Shown here in pieces: positions 10,024-19,649 of a DNA stretch of 52,491 nucleotides (within the stretch, counting starts at the first letter, position 1; each line of letters starts with the position of its first letter). A program made the position numbers and the translations under genes. The stretch is from the NCBI GenBank assembly GCA_027084135.1, contig JALWLO010000143.1:24523-77013 (forward strand), in the 5' to 3' direction. This DNA is from Campylobacterales bacterium. GTDB taxonomy: Bacteria; Campylobacterota; Campylobacteria; Campylobacterales; QNZT01. The notes under the pieces were generated by a model, which had not been told where the DNA came from, did not search any database, and saw only the letters and a list, made by a program, of their open reading frames with translations.

Positions 10024-10413
10024 CTAATAGGTATAATCCTGATTGACATAAGCTACCGCATCTATCTCTATATCAACCCCTTTTGGTAGAGATTTGACCG
10101 CAACGGTACTTCTAGCCGGATAATTACCGGCAAAAAACTCGGCATATATCTTATTTACCGCTACGAAATTATCCATATCCGTCAGATAAATTGTGGTTTT
10201 TATGATTTGATCGAGTCCACTTCCTGCCGCCTCTAGAACGGCTTGAAGATTGACCAATACTTGCCTCACTTGATCATGTATATCTCCCTCTACCATCTCA
10301 CCGTCGGGAGTTAGCGGTATCTGTCCTGAAGTATAGACCATATCTCCCACTTTTATCGCTTGTGAATAGGGACCGATTGCAGCCGGTGCGTTTTGTGTTT
10401 CTACTCTTTGCAT
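10024..10413 (-). CDS. ridA: RidA/YjgF family reactive enamine/imine deaminase
   Basis: The product contains MQRVETQNAPAAIGPYSQAIKVG..YTSGQIPL and a C-terminal ARSTVAVKSLPKGVDIEID. I chose the ATG at 10413, which has a GAGAGGAAAAG RBS, over the longer track ORF that ends at 10452. Confidence 0.9.
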   Translation of the reverse strand: MQRVETQNAPAAIGPYSQAIKVGDMVYTSGQIPLTPDGEMVEGDIHDQVRQVLVNLQAVLEAAGSGLDQIIKTTIYLTDMDNFVAVNKIYAEFFAGNYPARSTVAVKSLPKGVDIEIDAVAYVNQDYTY

Positions 10414-10538
10414 CTTTTCCTCTCTCTTATGAAAATAGTTTATTAATCTCAAAATTATACCAAAATTATTTAAATTAAATATTATTTTAAAGTTTCTATT
10501 ATATAATTAGAGTAATCATAAATTGGAGTAGTTAAATC

Positions 10539-11090
10539 ATGGGTATCAGAAAATCTTTAGTACATTTTACGCTATTCGTTTCCCTCGCATCGTCACTGCA
10601 TGCGGGAAACTTCTTAGACTATATAGGTCTAGGTATTGCTTTAGAAGATGCTACTGATAGTCCAAATTTTGATACAGGAACGGCGCTAGTACTAACGACC
10701 GGTAAAAATATCTATGAAAATATCTCTTTAGAGGCGGAGGCTACAACCAGCATCGATAAGATGGATGGAAAATTTAACGGTATCAGAGATGATCTCAATT
10801 TTTGGTCATTTGGATTTTATAGTACTTATCTTTGGAAATTAGGTAATTTAAGCATCAAACCGAGAGTGGGACTTATCTATCGAAGCCTAAAGTCAGAGAT
10901 CGATATACACTCGCCGAAATATCCTGAAAATGATACGGTTTATCAAAATACCGATATTACGAAATTGGGACTAAGCGGTGGATTTGGTCTTCATTATGAA
11001 CTAGGAAAACACTATAACATCTATACAAACTATACCAAATATGAAGATGAGCTAGAACTTATCTCTTTCGGAGCGGAGTATAAATTTTAG
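10539..11090 (+). CDS. small outer-membrane beta-barrel protein
   Basis: The 183 aa product has a signal peptide ending SLHA. It shows alternating amphipathic strands and a C-terminal GAEYKF with terminal Phe. Confidence 0.65.
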   Translation: MGIRKSLVHFTLFVSLASSLHAGNFLDYIGLGIALEDATDSPNFDTGTALVLTTGKNIYENISLEAEATTSIDKMDGKFNGIRDDLNFWSFGFYSTYLWKLGNLSIKPRVGLIYRSLKSEIDIHSPKYPENDTVYQNTDITKLGLSGGFGLHYELGKHYNIYTNYTKYEDELELISFGAEYKF

Positions 11091-11127
11091 AGAAAGGGCT
11101 ATTTTTTGCCTTTCTCTTTTTTATTTT
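11090..11127 (+). terminator. rho-independent terminator of the OMP gene, overlapping the galU 3' end
   Basis: GAGAAAGG (11090-11097) pairs with CCTTTCTC (11109-11116) and is followed by TTTTTTATTTT. Confidence 0.65.
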
Positions 11128-11947
11128 GTAGATTATAGAGATGATTTGTCGCCTGAACATATCCATCTACACTACCGCAATCAAATCGTTCACCTTTAAA
11201 CTTATAGGCCAAGACCATACCCTTTTTCGCAAGCGCAAGTAGTGCATCCGTTATCTGTATCTCACCGTTTTTACCCGGTTTTGTCGTTTTGATCGCATCA
11301 AAGATATCGGGAGTTAAGATATATCTACCGATAATCGCCAGATTTGAAGGTGCTTCACTGGGTTCGGGTTTTTCAACCATATCACTCACCATATAGACAC
11401 CATCCTCTATCTCTTTTCCGGCAATTACACCATACTTATAGGTCTCCTCTTTTGGAACCTCCATGATCGCCACAATCGAACACTTATATTTATCGTTGAG
11501 TTTGATCATCTGAGATAGGACACCGTCGCCGTTGTGATTGATACAGAGATCATCCGCTAGTACCACACCAAAAGGCTCTTTACCTATCAGCGCCTGCCCC
11601 TTTAGGATAGCATCTCCCAAACCCTTCATCTCTCTTTGTCTCGTATAGGTAAAGGTACACTTGTTGATGAGCGCTCTAATCTCATTCAATAGAGGCTCTT
11701 TTGAAGTGCCTTTGATTTGGCTCTCTAGCTCGTAAGAGATATCAAAATGATCCTCTATCGCTCTCTTTCCCCTTCCTGTGATGATCGCCATCGTATCCAT
11801 ACCGGCTTCAACCGCCTCCTCTACACCGTACTGAATAAGCGGCTTAGTGAGTATCGGCAACATCTCTTTAGGCATCGCCTTGGTTGCCGGTAAAAATCTT
11901 GTTCCATATCCGGCTGCAGGAAATAGACATTTTGTTATCTTCATCAA
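11099..11947 (-). CDS. galU: UTP--glucose-1-phosphate uridylyltransferase
   Basis: The 282 aa product contains KCLFPAAGYGTRFLPATKAMPKEMLPI and VEKP motifs. Confidence 0.9.
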   Translation of the reverse strand: MMKITKCLFPAAGYGTRFLPATKAMPKEMLPILTKPLIQYGVEEAVEAGMDTMAIITGRGKRAIEDHFDISYELESQIKGTSKEPLLNEIRALINKCTFTYTRQREMKGLGDAILKGQALIGKEPFGVVLADDLCINHNGDGVLSQMIKLNDKYKCSIVAIMEVPKEETYKYGVIAGKEIEDGVYMVSDMVEKPEPSEAPSNLAIIGRYILTPDIFDAIKTTKPGKNGEIQITDALLALAKKGMVLAYKFKGERFDCGSVDGYVQATNHLYNLQNKKEKGKK

Positions 11948-13662
11948 AATTCCTTTCTAAATTTTATCCACGCAACACCGTAAGGCTTTAGTCTTACCTC
12001 ACGGTTTTCTATTTTTTGTCGGTCAATTAATTCTACCAAATCACCCTGTACAAAAGGGGGTAATTTCACCAAAATCGACCTATTTGTAAAATTATTTAGT
12101 ACTAATATATCATTTCTACTCACTTTCGATTCTCTTAAAAGAGCAAAAACACCATCAGCTAGATCTAATATCTCAAACTTGCCATAAGGATCAAAAGCAT
12201 CCTCCTCTCTTCTTATTTTCAAGAGATGGATATATCTACTAAATATTTTATTTCTCAAAGAGCTCTCATCCTCAAGCTCTTGAACCAAATAGTCATAATT
12301 TAACTTTTCACGATTGATCGAGCGATATACTCCTGTGCGTCTTACGCCGTCTATGTCACTCGTTGAACCTACCAAAGAGTGAAAATAGACTCCCGGAACA
12401 CCCGGCATCGCCAACTTCACAGCTTGTGAAAGGATAAATTTATCCACCCTTAAATCGATCTCTTCACGCTTATCACTGATGATATCTATGTAGCTGGCAT
12501 TTAACTCATAGGGAGACTTTTCACCGTTTCCAAGAGATCTATAGGAGACAAATCCACCGTTCTTCGTCGTCTGCTCTATCAAAAGTGCGATATCCTCTTG
12601 GCTAAGCAGACCACTCACCGGTCTCACACCGCACCCGTCGTGACTTGCGGTAAAGTTGAAGAAGCAAACCTTGTCACTCGGTAATTCCAACTCTTTCGCC
12701 CACTTCGTCAAAATGGAGGTATCCCCGGTTAAGATAGCGTGAGCGGTCAAAGGGGGTAGCGCAAAGTTGTAGACCATCTGCGCCTCATCATCCCCGCTTC
12801 CAAAGTATGAGACATTCTCTTTGTGAGGCACATTTGTCTCCGTAATGATCACAACCTCCGGTGCGACCTTGTGTATCACCTCCCTCATAAGCTGTATCAC
12901 CTCATGCGTTTGAGGCAGATGGATACACTCTGTACCTATCTCTTTCCACAAAAAGGCGATCGCATCAAGACGAATGAGTTTCGCACCCTTCTCCACATAA
13001 TACAAAAGTACATCCAAAACGGCAACTAAAACTTTATAGTTCGCGTAGTTTAGATCTACCTGATCTTTAGAGAATGTTGTCCAGATATGCCTATCTCTAC
13101 CCTCAACATCTTTGTAGGTATGGATAAGCGGTAGGGTTCTTGGGCGAACCACTTTGGAGAGATCTATCCCCTCCTCCACCTCAACAAAAAAATCCTTAAA
13201 TTTTGGATCATTTTGTAAAAAGCCTTTAAACCAATAGGAGTATTGAGAGATGTGGTTGATCACCCCGTCAAACATGATATAAAAGTTCTCTCCAATCCTC
13301 TCTATATCCTCCCAAGAACCCATCCTAGGGGATACATCCTTATAGTCTATCACCGAAAAACCGTCATCGCTTGAGTATGGATAAAAGGGCAAGATGTGAA
13401 CAGAATTTATCACATCTTTGAGATAGTTCACCAAAAATGTATTCAATGCCTCAAGCGGCTCCCTCCCCACTTGAACCAACTGATCGCCGTAAGTGATCAA
13501 AATCACATCTCTTTGATCCATCTTATGAGGTCTTGAGACAACTCTCTCTTTATAGTACGCAATCAGCCGGTCTATTTCCACCTTCGCCTTTAGGGCATCT
13601 TCTCTACTATAGAGAGACTCGAGTCTCTCTTGGATACTCTTTTTGACAAAAGCGCTACTCAT
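11944..13662 (-). CDS. sucrose phosphorylase-like GH13 enzyme, probable glucosylglycerate phosphorylase
   Basis: The 572 aa product carries GH13 catalytic signatures: FDGVINHIS, IRLDAIAFLWKE, IITETNVPHKEN and FTASHDGCGV. The specificity is inferred from its position next to GpgS-like and glycerate kinase genes. Confidence 0.6.
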   Translation of the reverse strand: MSSAFVKKSIQERLESLYSREDALKAKVEIDRLIAYYKERVVSRPHKMDQRDVILITYGDQLVQVGREPLEALNTFLVNYLKDVINSVHILPFYPYSSDDGFSVIDYKDVSPRMGSWEDIERIGENFYIMFDGVINHISQYSYWFKGFLQNDPKFKDFFVEVEEGIDLSKVVRPRTLPLIHTYKDVEGRDRHIWTTFSKDQVDLNYANYKVLVAVLDVLLYYVEKGAKLIRLDAIAFLWKEIGTECIHLPQTHEVIQLMREVIHKVAPEVVIITETNVPHKENVSYFGSGDDEAQMVYNFALPPLTAHAILTGDTSILTKWAKELELPSDKVCFFNFTASHDGCGVRPVSGLLSQEDIALLIEQTTKNGGFVSYRSLGNGEKSPYELNASYIDIISDKREEIDLRVDKFILSQAVKLAMPGVPGVYFHSLVGSTSDIDGVRRTGVYRSINREKLNYDYLVQELEDESSLRNKIFSRYIHLLKIRREEDAFDPYGKFEILDLADGVFALLRESKVSRNDILVLNNFTNRSILVKLPPFVQGDLVELIDRQKIENREVRLKPYGVAWIKFRKEF

Positions 13663-14866
13663 TATTATCCATCTTTACAGCTTCTTGGTATCTATAGGTG
13701 AAGTTGGGTATCACACTTCTTACATTGATCCACGCCGCAAGTGCCGGTACACCCATAGGGTCTGCATGAAACGCCTCATTCGCCCTTCTTAGAGAGTCGG
13801 TAAATATTTCGATAGCTTCAAGTTCCTTTTTTCGATTGTATATCAAGCCATTTACCTCCGATATCGCCGAATATTGATCGATCGCTCTTCTCGACTCCTC
13901 ATAGTAGGTAGTAAGGAGTGAGTTGAACTTTGCCGAGGAGAAGGTTACGCCGCTTTGCGACATGATCCGAAATATCGTCTCCGCTATCTCTTTGGTCATC
14001 TTCGCGATCCCGCCATCAGCACCCTTGCCTAAGTTTTGATGCTTATGCTCATAACTATCCATGATCTCGCTCTGGCATATCCGCTTTTTAGAGGTATTGT
14101 TATAAACTTCACTCAAAGTAGATACCTCAAGTCCCCAAGTCGGTGATATTCTGATACCTCTCGCAAGTGAACGGATAAAGGCAAATTCACCTGAGAGCGC
14201 ATATCGAAAGGAAGACATATAGTCAAGATATCTGCTTTTGCCGAAGTTTCTCTCCAAAGACTTCAAAAGTGGCGTATAAAAGAGCCTCGTAGCTCTGCCG
14301 TGGAGTCTATCGGTGACGCGTGAATAGTAGCCTTTGTTGAACTCGAAGTCAAATGCCGGATGCACGATAGGGAAAAAGAGTCTAGCGGGTATCTCTCTAG
14401 TGTAATTGACGATATCGCAATCATGAAGCGCGATCGCATAAGCGTTTGAATCACTCAAGATATATCCTATCATCATCCATACATTGAGTCCCTTACCTCT
14501 TCTATCGATACTCTGAAAACCCGCCTCTTTGAGCTCATCTTTGAGTGCGGTAACCCTTGGTCCATCATTCCAGATGATATCGACCCTTGTAGGGATCTCT
14601 TTGACTCTTCTTTTGGCATCTTCAAACTGCTCCTTAGTAGCATTGTCAAGCCCTATAACGATCTTATAGAGATACTTGATATGCTTTAACTCCTCGATGA
14701 TCTTTACCATAGCCGGAGTCTCAAACTCACTATAGAGTGCGGGGAGTATCAAGACCATATTTCTTCTTCGTGAAAGCTTAAAGAGCTCCTCCTCCATCTC
14801 CTCAAGAGACCTGTTGCCGAGTCTTGGAATCGTCGTTATCACACCGTTTTGAAAAAAATCCGCCAT
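13655..14866 (-). CDS. glucosyl-/mannosyl-3-phosphoglycerate synthase family glycosyltransferase (GpgS-like)
   Basis: The 403 aa product resembles archaeal and thermophile MpgS/GpgS as I recall them, across several blocks. These are RRGKG..ALHDCDI (DxD), GRATRLFYTPLL, LSGEFAF and EHKHQNLG. A glucosyl rather than mannosyl donor is inferred from the adjacent galU and pgi. Confidence 0.6.
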   Translation of the reverse strand: MADFFQNGVITTIPRLGNRSLEEMEEELFKLSRRRNMVLILPALYSEFETPAMVKIIEELKHIKYLYKIVIGLDNATKEQFEDAKRRVKEIPTRVDIIWNDGPRVTALKDELKEAGFQSIDRRGKGLNVWMMIGYILSDSNAYAIALHDCDIVNYTREIPARLFFPIVHPAFDFEFNKGYYSRVTDRLHGRATRLFYTPLLKSLERNFGKSRYLDYMSSFRYALSGEFAFIRSLARGIRISPTWGLEVSTLSEVYNNTSKKRICQSEIMDSYEHKHQNLGKGADGGIAKMTKEIAETIFRIMSQSGVTFSSAKFNSLLTTYYEESRRAIDQYSAISEVNGLIYNRKKELEAIEIFTDSLRRANEAFHADPMGVPALAAWINVRSVIPNFTYRYQEAVKMDNNE

Positions 14867-14870
14867 ATCT

Positions 14871-16121
14871 CTATTCCTTTATCATAACCATAATATCCAT
14901 CACATTCGTACCGCTCTCTCTTGTTACTAAAAGGGAGTTTTCTCTCTTTAGATAGTTGTATGAGTCGTTATTTTCAAGATAGGAGTCGATATCCTCTCTC
15001 AAATCACCCTTGCACACAACTCCACCTGCCGCATCGCTATTGCCGTCAATGCCGTCACTTCCACCGCTTAAAAAGGTAAAATCGTCAAAATCTTTCATCA
15101 TCTTTAATATCCAAAGGGTTAGCTCACTATTTCTACCCCCTTTTCCGCTCCCTTTCACGACCACAGTCGGCTCACCGCCAAAAAGGAGTAGCTTTTGCGG
15201 ATAGGCTTCTGCGCTTTTGATGATCCGAAGTGCCACATCTTTGACATCACCCTCCAATCTATCCGTTACCATTTTCGCTTCATAGCCTAACGCTTTAGCT
15301 CTCTCTTTTGCCGCTTCGAGTGCAACGCTGTTTGATGCGATGATAAAGTGTGGATATATTTTATCAGAAGAGGTGTCGATTTGCTCCCCTTTTGATAAAA
15401 TATTTTGTATATTTTTGGGTAATTTATCAAATATTTTATATTTATTACTAATCTTTAGTACTAGCTCTCTATCCTTTTTTTCACTAAACATCACAGCTGA
15501 ACCTATCGTCGTTAAATCATCTCCGATCACATCGCTGATGACGAGTACAATGCCGTCAGCTCTCGTTTTAGAGGCTAATCCACCCCCTTTTATTTTGGAG
15601 AAATATTTTCGTATCGTGTTGATCTCTTTGATATCCATTCCGCTTTTGAGCAAGAGAGCGTTTAACGACTCTATCTCATCAAGTTTGAGTCCAAAAGCGG
15701 GCAACTCCATCAATGCTGAACTACCGCCGGAAAGTAGGTAGATAAAAAAGTCATCTTCACTAAGCTTACCCATCCGCTTTAGCATCTCTTTTGCGGCATC
15801 TATGCTCTTTTGTGTCGGAATCGGATGAGAGCCCACCATCACATCGATCCCTTCAAGCTCTTCATAGTAGTTAGAGACTATAAGCCCGCCTGCAACTCTC
15901 TCTTTTGGGATATGATCCAACACTGCTTTTGCCATCTCTATAGAGGCTTTGCCGCTCCCAAAGATATAGATCTTCTGATCTCTTTTGAGCCTAAACACTT
16001 CCCCTTCAACGATGACTTTATCGGCTTCACATTCAAACTTAGTACGAAGCGCATTTTGAGGCATCACGGCATTGACGGCATATTGAAATATCTCCCTTGC
16101 CGCCTCTTTATTACACACCAA
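14871..16121 (-). CDS. glycerate 2-kinase (MOFRL / DUF4147 family)
   Basis: The 416 aa product has an N-terminal IFGSGKASIEMA and a C-terminal LLFGGEPTVVVKGSGKGGRNSELTL, typical of MOFRL glycerate kinases. Confidence 0.75.
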   Translation of the reverse strand: MVCNKEAAREIFQYAVNAVMPQNALRTKFECEADKVIVEGEVFRLKRDQKIYIFGSGKASIEMAKAVLDHIPKERVAGGLIVSNYYEELEGIDVMVGSHPIPTQKSIDAAKEMLKRMGKLSEDDFFIYLLSGGSSALMELPAFGLKLDEIESLNALLLKSGMDIKEINTIRKYFSKIKGGGLASKTRADGIVLVISDVIGDDLTTIGSAVMFSEKKDRELVLKISNKYKIFDKLPKNIQNILSKGEQIDTSSDKIYPHFIIASNSVALEAAKERAKALGYEAKMVTDRLEGDVKDVALRIIKSAEAYPQKLLLFGGEPTVVVKGSGKGGRNSELTLWILKMMKDFDDFTFLSGGSDGIDGNSDAAGGVVCKGDLREDIDSYLENNDSYNYLKRENSLLVTRESGTNVMDIMVMIKE

Positions 16122-16854
16122 AGATCTCCTCTAGTACGAAGTCCCACCCTTTTGGACCGGGATAGGGCGCCTTTTTAAGCCCCTCTATATCTGCGTCGAT
16201 ATAACTACCGTCATATCTAGGTATCAAAATAGGAATATCCACAACCCTTAGCATATCCAGATCGTTATAACTATCCCCCAAAGCGATACTTCTATAACCC
16301 TTATAGTGCTTTAGTACTAACGATACCGCTTCTCCTTTATCCTGCTTCTCCCCTACCAAATGGTAAAACCTACCGCCTCTAAGCACCTTATAGCCGTTTT
16401 GTTTCGCTATCTCTTTAAAGGCTTCCAGCTTCTCCTCATGACTGCATAAAAAGGGTTCACTATACTCTCTCTCTTTGGCTAAAATCGCCATCTCTCTTGA
16501 AAAGTCCGTTGCCTCCATCACATCCTCAACGCGCATCAATGAGAAGGGCATCAAATCAAACGCTTTTGCATATTTTTGGATAAATGATCTTAACTCCTCA
16601 TAACCGACTCCTAGCTCTATCACTCCACTCTCTAAGCCAAATATCGCCGCACCGTTTTCTACGATAAAGGGTGAGGATATGCCCATCTTCTCTTGCAAGA
16701 GCCGGCACTCTTTTTGGGTTTTAGAGGTTGTATATATAAGGGGAATCGATCTCTTTTTGATAAAGCGAAGCATCGTGGAGGCTTCATCAAAACTGTAGTC
16801 ATGGTGGTTTAAAAGTGTTCCGTCAAGATCGGTAAAGATGATCGTTCGCATCAC
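16111..16854 (-). CDS. HAD-IIB phosphatase, mannosyl/glucosyl-3-phosphoglycerate phosphatase family
   Basis: The 247 aa product has the DLDGTLL nucleophile motif, TTSKT and GDSYNDLDM. It resembles the YedP/MpgP family. Confidence 0.7.
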   Translation of the reverse strand: MMRTIIFTDLDGTLLNHHDYSFDEASTMLRFIKKRSIPLIYTTSKTQKECRLLQEKMGISSPFIVENGAAIFGLESGVIELGVGYEELRSFIQKYAKAFDLMPFSLMRVEDVMEATDFSREMAILAKEREYSEPFLCSHEEKLEAFKEIAKQNGYKVLRGGRFYHLVGEKQDKGEAVSLVLKHYKGYRSIALGDSYNDLDMLRVVDIPILIPRYDGSYIDADIEGLKKAPYPGPKGWDFVLEEIFGV

Positions 16855-18096
16855 CTAAATAAACTTATCTTTGAGTATCCGTTTTCCAAGCTCAACACCG
16901 GGCTGATCGTAACTGTGTATATTTAAAAAGTGACCGGTGAGCGAAGTTAAAAGCTCATAGTAAAATATCAAATACCCGACCTCCATCTCACATACTCTTC
17001 CAAGTGTGATCATATCTGTTACGATCCCCTGCTCTTTGACGCTCTGCATCGTCGCGTCGCATTGTGCGTTGATAAGTTCACTAAAGGTGTGACTGTTGAT
17101 AAAGTCGGTCTTCTCCAAGTGTGGGATAGAGATATTGGGTATCTTGAGATCATTTTGAAAATCCTCAACCTTGATAAATGTCACACTCTTATCTCTCACT
17201 CCCTCGATGATCAGTTGCAAAAAGGAGTGCTGATCAATAGAGCCTATAAGCCCAACGGGAGTCAATCCTACATGCTCACCGTCTCTATTGATCTTTCCGA
17301 GAGACTCTGCCCAAAGCTGGACATACCAGTCATTAAAATAGCTAAATGAGCTTGCGTATGAAAAGAGCACATTTTGCGTGATTTTTCTATTTTTGGCATA
17401 TAGATAGGCTTTTTTGACTATCTCATCCTCTTTTTTTGCAAAAAAGGACTCTTTGAGCATCTTCGCTCCACCAAGGATCTCTCTGACATGATAACCCATG
17501 ATATGAAGCGGTAACAATCCGACAGCACTTAGTACCGAAAATCGACCTCCGACATTCAACGGGATATGAAAAGTAACCAAATCGTTCTCTTTGGCAAATA
17601 TATCAAGCGGAGAGTTCTCATCGGTAATGATAGCAAATCTCTTTCTAAACTCATCACTCTCAAATGTCAAGTGAAATCTATCCATAAGGTACTTGAAGAT
17701 AGAGGTGGTTTCGATGGTACCGCCCGACTTGGAGATAACGATAAAGAAACTCTCACTTAACTCTACACCCTTTAAGTTTCTCTCTATCTCGTTTGGATCG
17801 ACATTTTCTAAAAATAAGAGATTTTTATCCGCTCTATGAGGAAGATCTAGCAGTAGTCTATCAACCGCTTTGGTACCGAGAGATGACCCCCCTATTCCTA
17901 CAACCACTACATTTTTGATGCTGCTAAAATCATACTCTGCACAAAACTCTTCTATAGATGAAATCGTATCCTTATCCTCAGACAGAAAGTAGTATCCGAC
18001 TTCGCCGCTCTCGGCCTCTTCAAAGAGCGCTTCATACGCTTCAGATATATCACTCTCTAAGATTTCACTCTCATAGGTACCCTCGATTTTTACCAT
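16855..18096 (-). CDS. pgi: glucose-6-phosphate isomerase (short bacterial form)
   Basis: The 413 aa product has the GIGGSSLG and ISKSGGTIET signatures. Confidence 0.85.
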   Translation of the reverse strand: MVKIEGTYESEILESDISEAYEALFEEAESGEVGYYFLSEDKDTISSIEEFCAEYDFSSIKNVVVVGIGGSSLGTKAVDRLLLDLPHRADKNLLFLENVDPNEIERNLKGVELSESFFIVISKSGGTIETTSIFKYLMDRFHLTFESDEFRKRFAIITDENSPLDIFAKENDLVTFHIPLNVGGRFSVLSAVGLLPLHIMGYHVREILGGAKMLKESFFAKKEDEIVKKAYLYAKNRKITQNVLFSYASSFSYFNDWYVQLWAESLGKINRDGEHVGLTPVGLIGSIDQHSFLQLIIEGVRDKSVTFIKVEDFQNDLKIPNISIPHLEKTDFINSHTFSELINAQCDATMQSVKEQGIVTDMITLGRVCEMEVGYLIFYYELLTSLTGHFLNIHSYDQPGVELGKRILKDKFI

Positions 18097-18108
18097 ATTA
18101 ACCCCTAA

Positions 18109-19203
18109 CTAAAATTTTTCTATCAATCTCTTAAATACGCTCTCCAGGCTCTCTATCTCTTGGGTGAAAACCCTCTCGTTTGGAGCATGGATCGTATCGT
18201 TTCTGACGCCAAACTCAACCACATCAACCCCAAACTCACCGAAAAATCTCGCATCACTCGTTCCACCTGCCGTGGAAAGCTTTGGTGTAATATCGACAAT
18301 CTCTTTAATTGATTGAACGATTGTTTTGACGATCTTCGACTCTCTATCGGTCACAAAGGGTTTTGCAGATTGGTTTAGTACTAGGGAGTAATCCATCCCG
18401 TGAAAATATCTATCTACAAACGCCTTGATATCCTCAAGTGTCGTTTTTGTGGAATTTCTGACATTAAACATCATCTTAAGTTTCCCGGGAGTTACATTTG
18501 TCACCTCCATACCGGCTCTGATATCGGTGATGACAAATTTACTCGGCGCAAAGTTCTCATCACCCTCATCAAGATCAACTCCGGCGATATGAGGCAAGAC
18601 TTGAGCTACGATGTGGATAGGATTTTTTGCCTTCTCCGGATAAGCGGCGTGCCCTTGAAGTCCCATCTTCTCTATCACACCGTTAATAGAGCCTCTTCTG
18701 CCTATCTTTATCGCATCTCCAAACTTCTCTTCGCAGGTAGGCTCCGCCACCACGGCAAAATCGGGCATAAAGCCGGTCTCTTTCAGATACCGAAGCATTT
18801 CGACGGTTCCGTGCTTCGCATCCCCCTCCTCATCGGAGGTAACAAGAAGAGAGAGTGTACCTCTAAAATCTTGTGTACTCTTTAGAGCATTTATAGCGGC
18901 ACCCAGTCCGCTCTTCATATCTTGCGCCCCTCTGCCGTATAGGTAACCCTCTTTGATAACAGGTACAAACGGATCACTCTCCCATCCCTCTCCCGGAGGT
19001 ACTACATCGATATGTCCGGCAAAACAGAGATGCTCACCCTCACCGAACTCTTTATAAAAGAGACGATTTTTCACACCCTCTACATCGAGTTTGATAACCT
19101 CAAAATCTTCCAAATACTGCTCTATAAACTCCATCGCTCCATCATCATTGGGAGTGACGGAGCGAAATGAGATCAATTTTTTAACGAGATCGACAACTGA
19201 CAT
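18109..19203 (-). CDS. dapE: succinyl-diaminopimelate desuccinylase
   Basis: The 364 aa product is an M20 peptidase with FAGHIDVVPPGEGW and TSDEEG. Confidence 0.85.
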   Translation of the reverse strand: MSVVDLVKKLISFRSVTPNDDGAMEFIEQYLEDFEVIKLDVEGVKNRLFYKEFGEGEHLCFAGHIDVVPPGEGWESDPFVPVIKEGYLYGRGAQDMKSGLGAAINALKSTQDFRGTLSLLVTSDEEGDAKHGTVEMLRYLKETGFMPDFAVVAEPTCEEKFGDAIKIGRRGSINGVIEKMGLQGHAAYPEKAKNPIHIVAQVLPHIAGVDLDEGDENFAPSKFVITDIRAGMEVTNVTPGKLKMMFNVRNSTKTTLEDIKAFVDRYFHGMDYSLVLNQSAKPFVTDRESKIVKTIVQSIKEIVDITPKLSTAGGTSDARFFGEFGVDVVEFGVRNDTIHAPNERVFTQEIESLESVFKRLIEKF

Positions 19204-19544
19204 TATTTGTGTGGATTTTCATAAAAGATATAGGAGGTCGAGTAGTCTGAAAATTCAAAATATACCCTCTTCTCACCGCTATCTACTTTGCCGTTTAAGT
19301 TCTCGTCAAGTATCCCGTATCCGTATCTGTACGGTCTATCGGCATCGCCGTCGGTACTTGTAGCGGTGGATATCTTATCGATCTTCATAAATCTCTTAAC
19401 AAGCTTATCCCCCGCATATACCTCTAAAACACCGTCTGTTCCCGTCCAGTTCTGTATCGCTCTGCCGAACTTATTTTGCGTCTCTTGGGTACAGCCGATA
19501 AAGGTTAGTACTAAGACAGCAACAAGGCTTACTCTTTTAAACAT
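19203..19544 (-). CDS. small lipoprotein, unknown function
   Basis: The 113 aa product has the lipobox LTFIGC. Its stop overlaps the dapE start by 1 nt. Confidence 0.6.
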   Translation of the reverse strand: MFKRVSLVAVLVLTFIGCTQETQNKFGRAIQNWTGTDGVLEVYAGDKLVKRFMKIDKISTATSTDGDADRPYRYGYGILDENLNGKVDSGEKRVYFEFSDYSTSYIFYENPHK

Positions 19545-19649
19545 CTACGCTCCTTTTTCAATATTTTTGCTATTTTATCCAAACTTATCTGATAACTTTT
19601 CTCTCACTTTTGGTACAATATTTCACAACTTTAATCAAAAGGAAAATTG

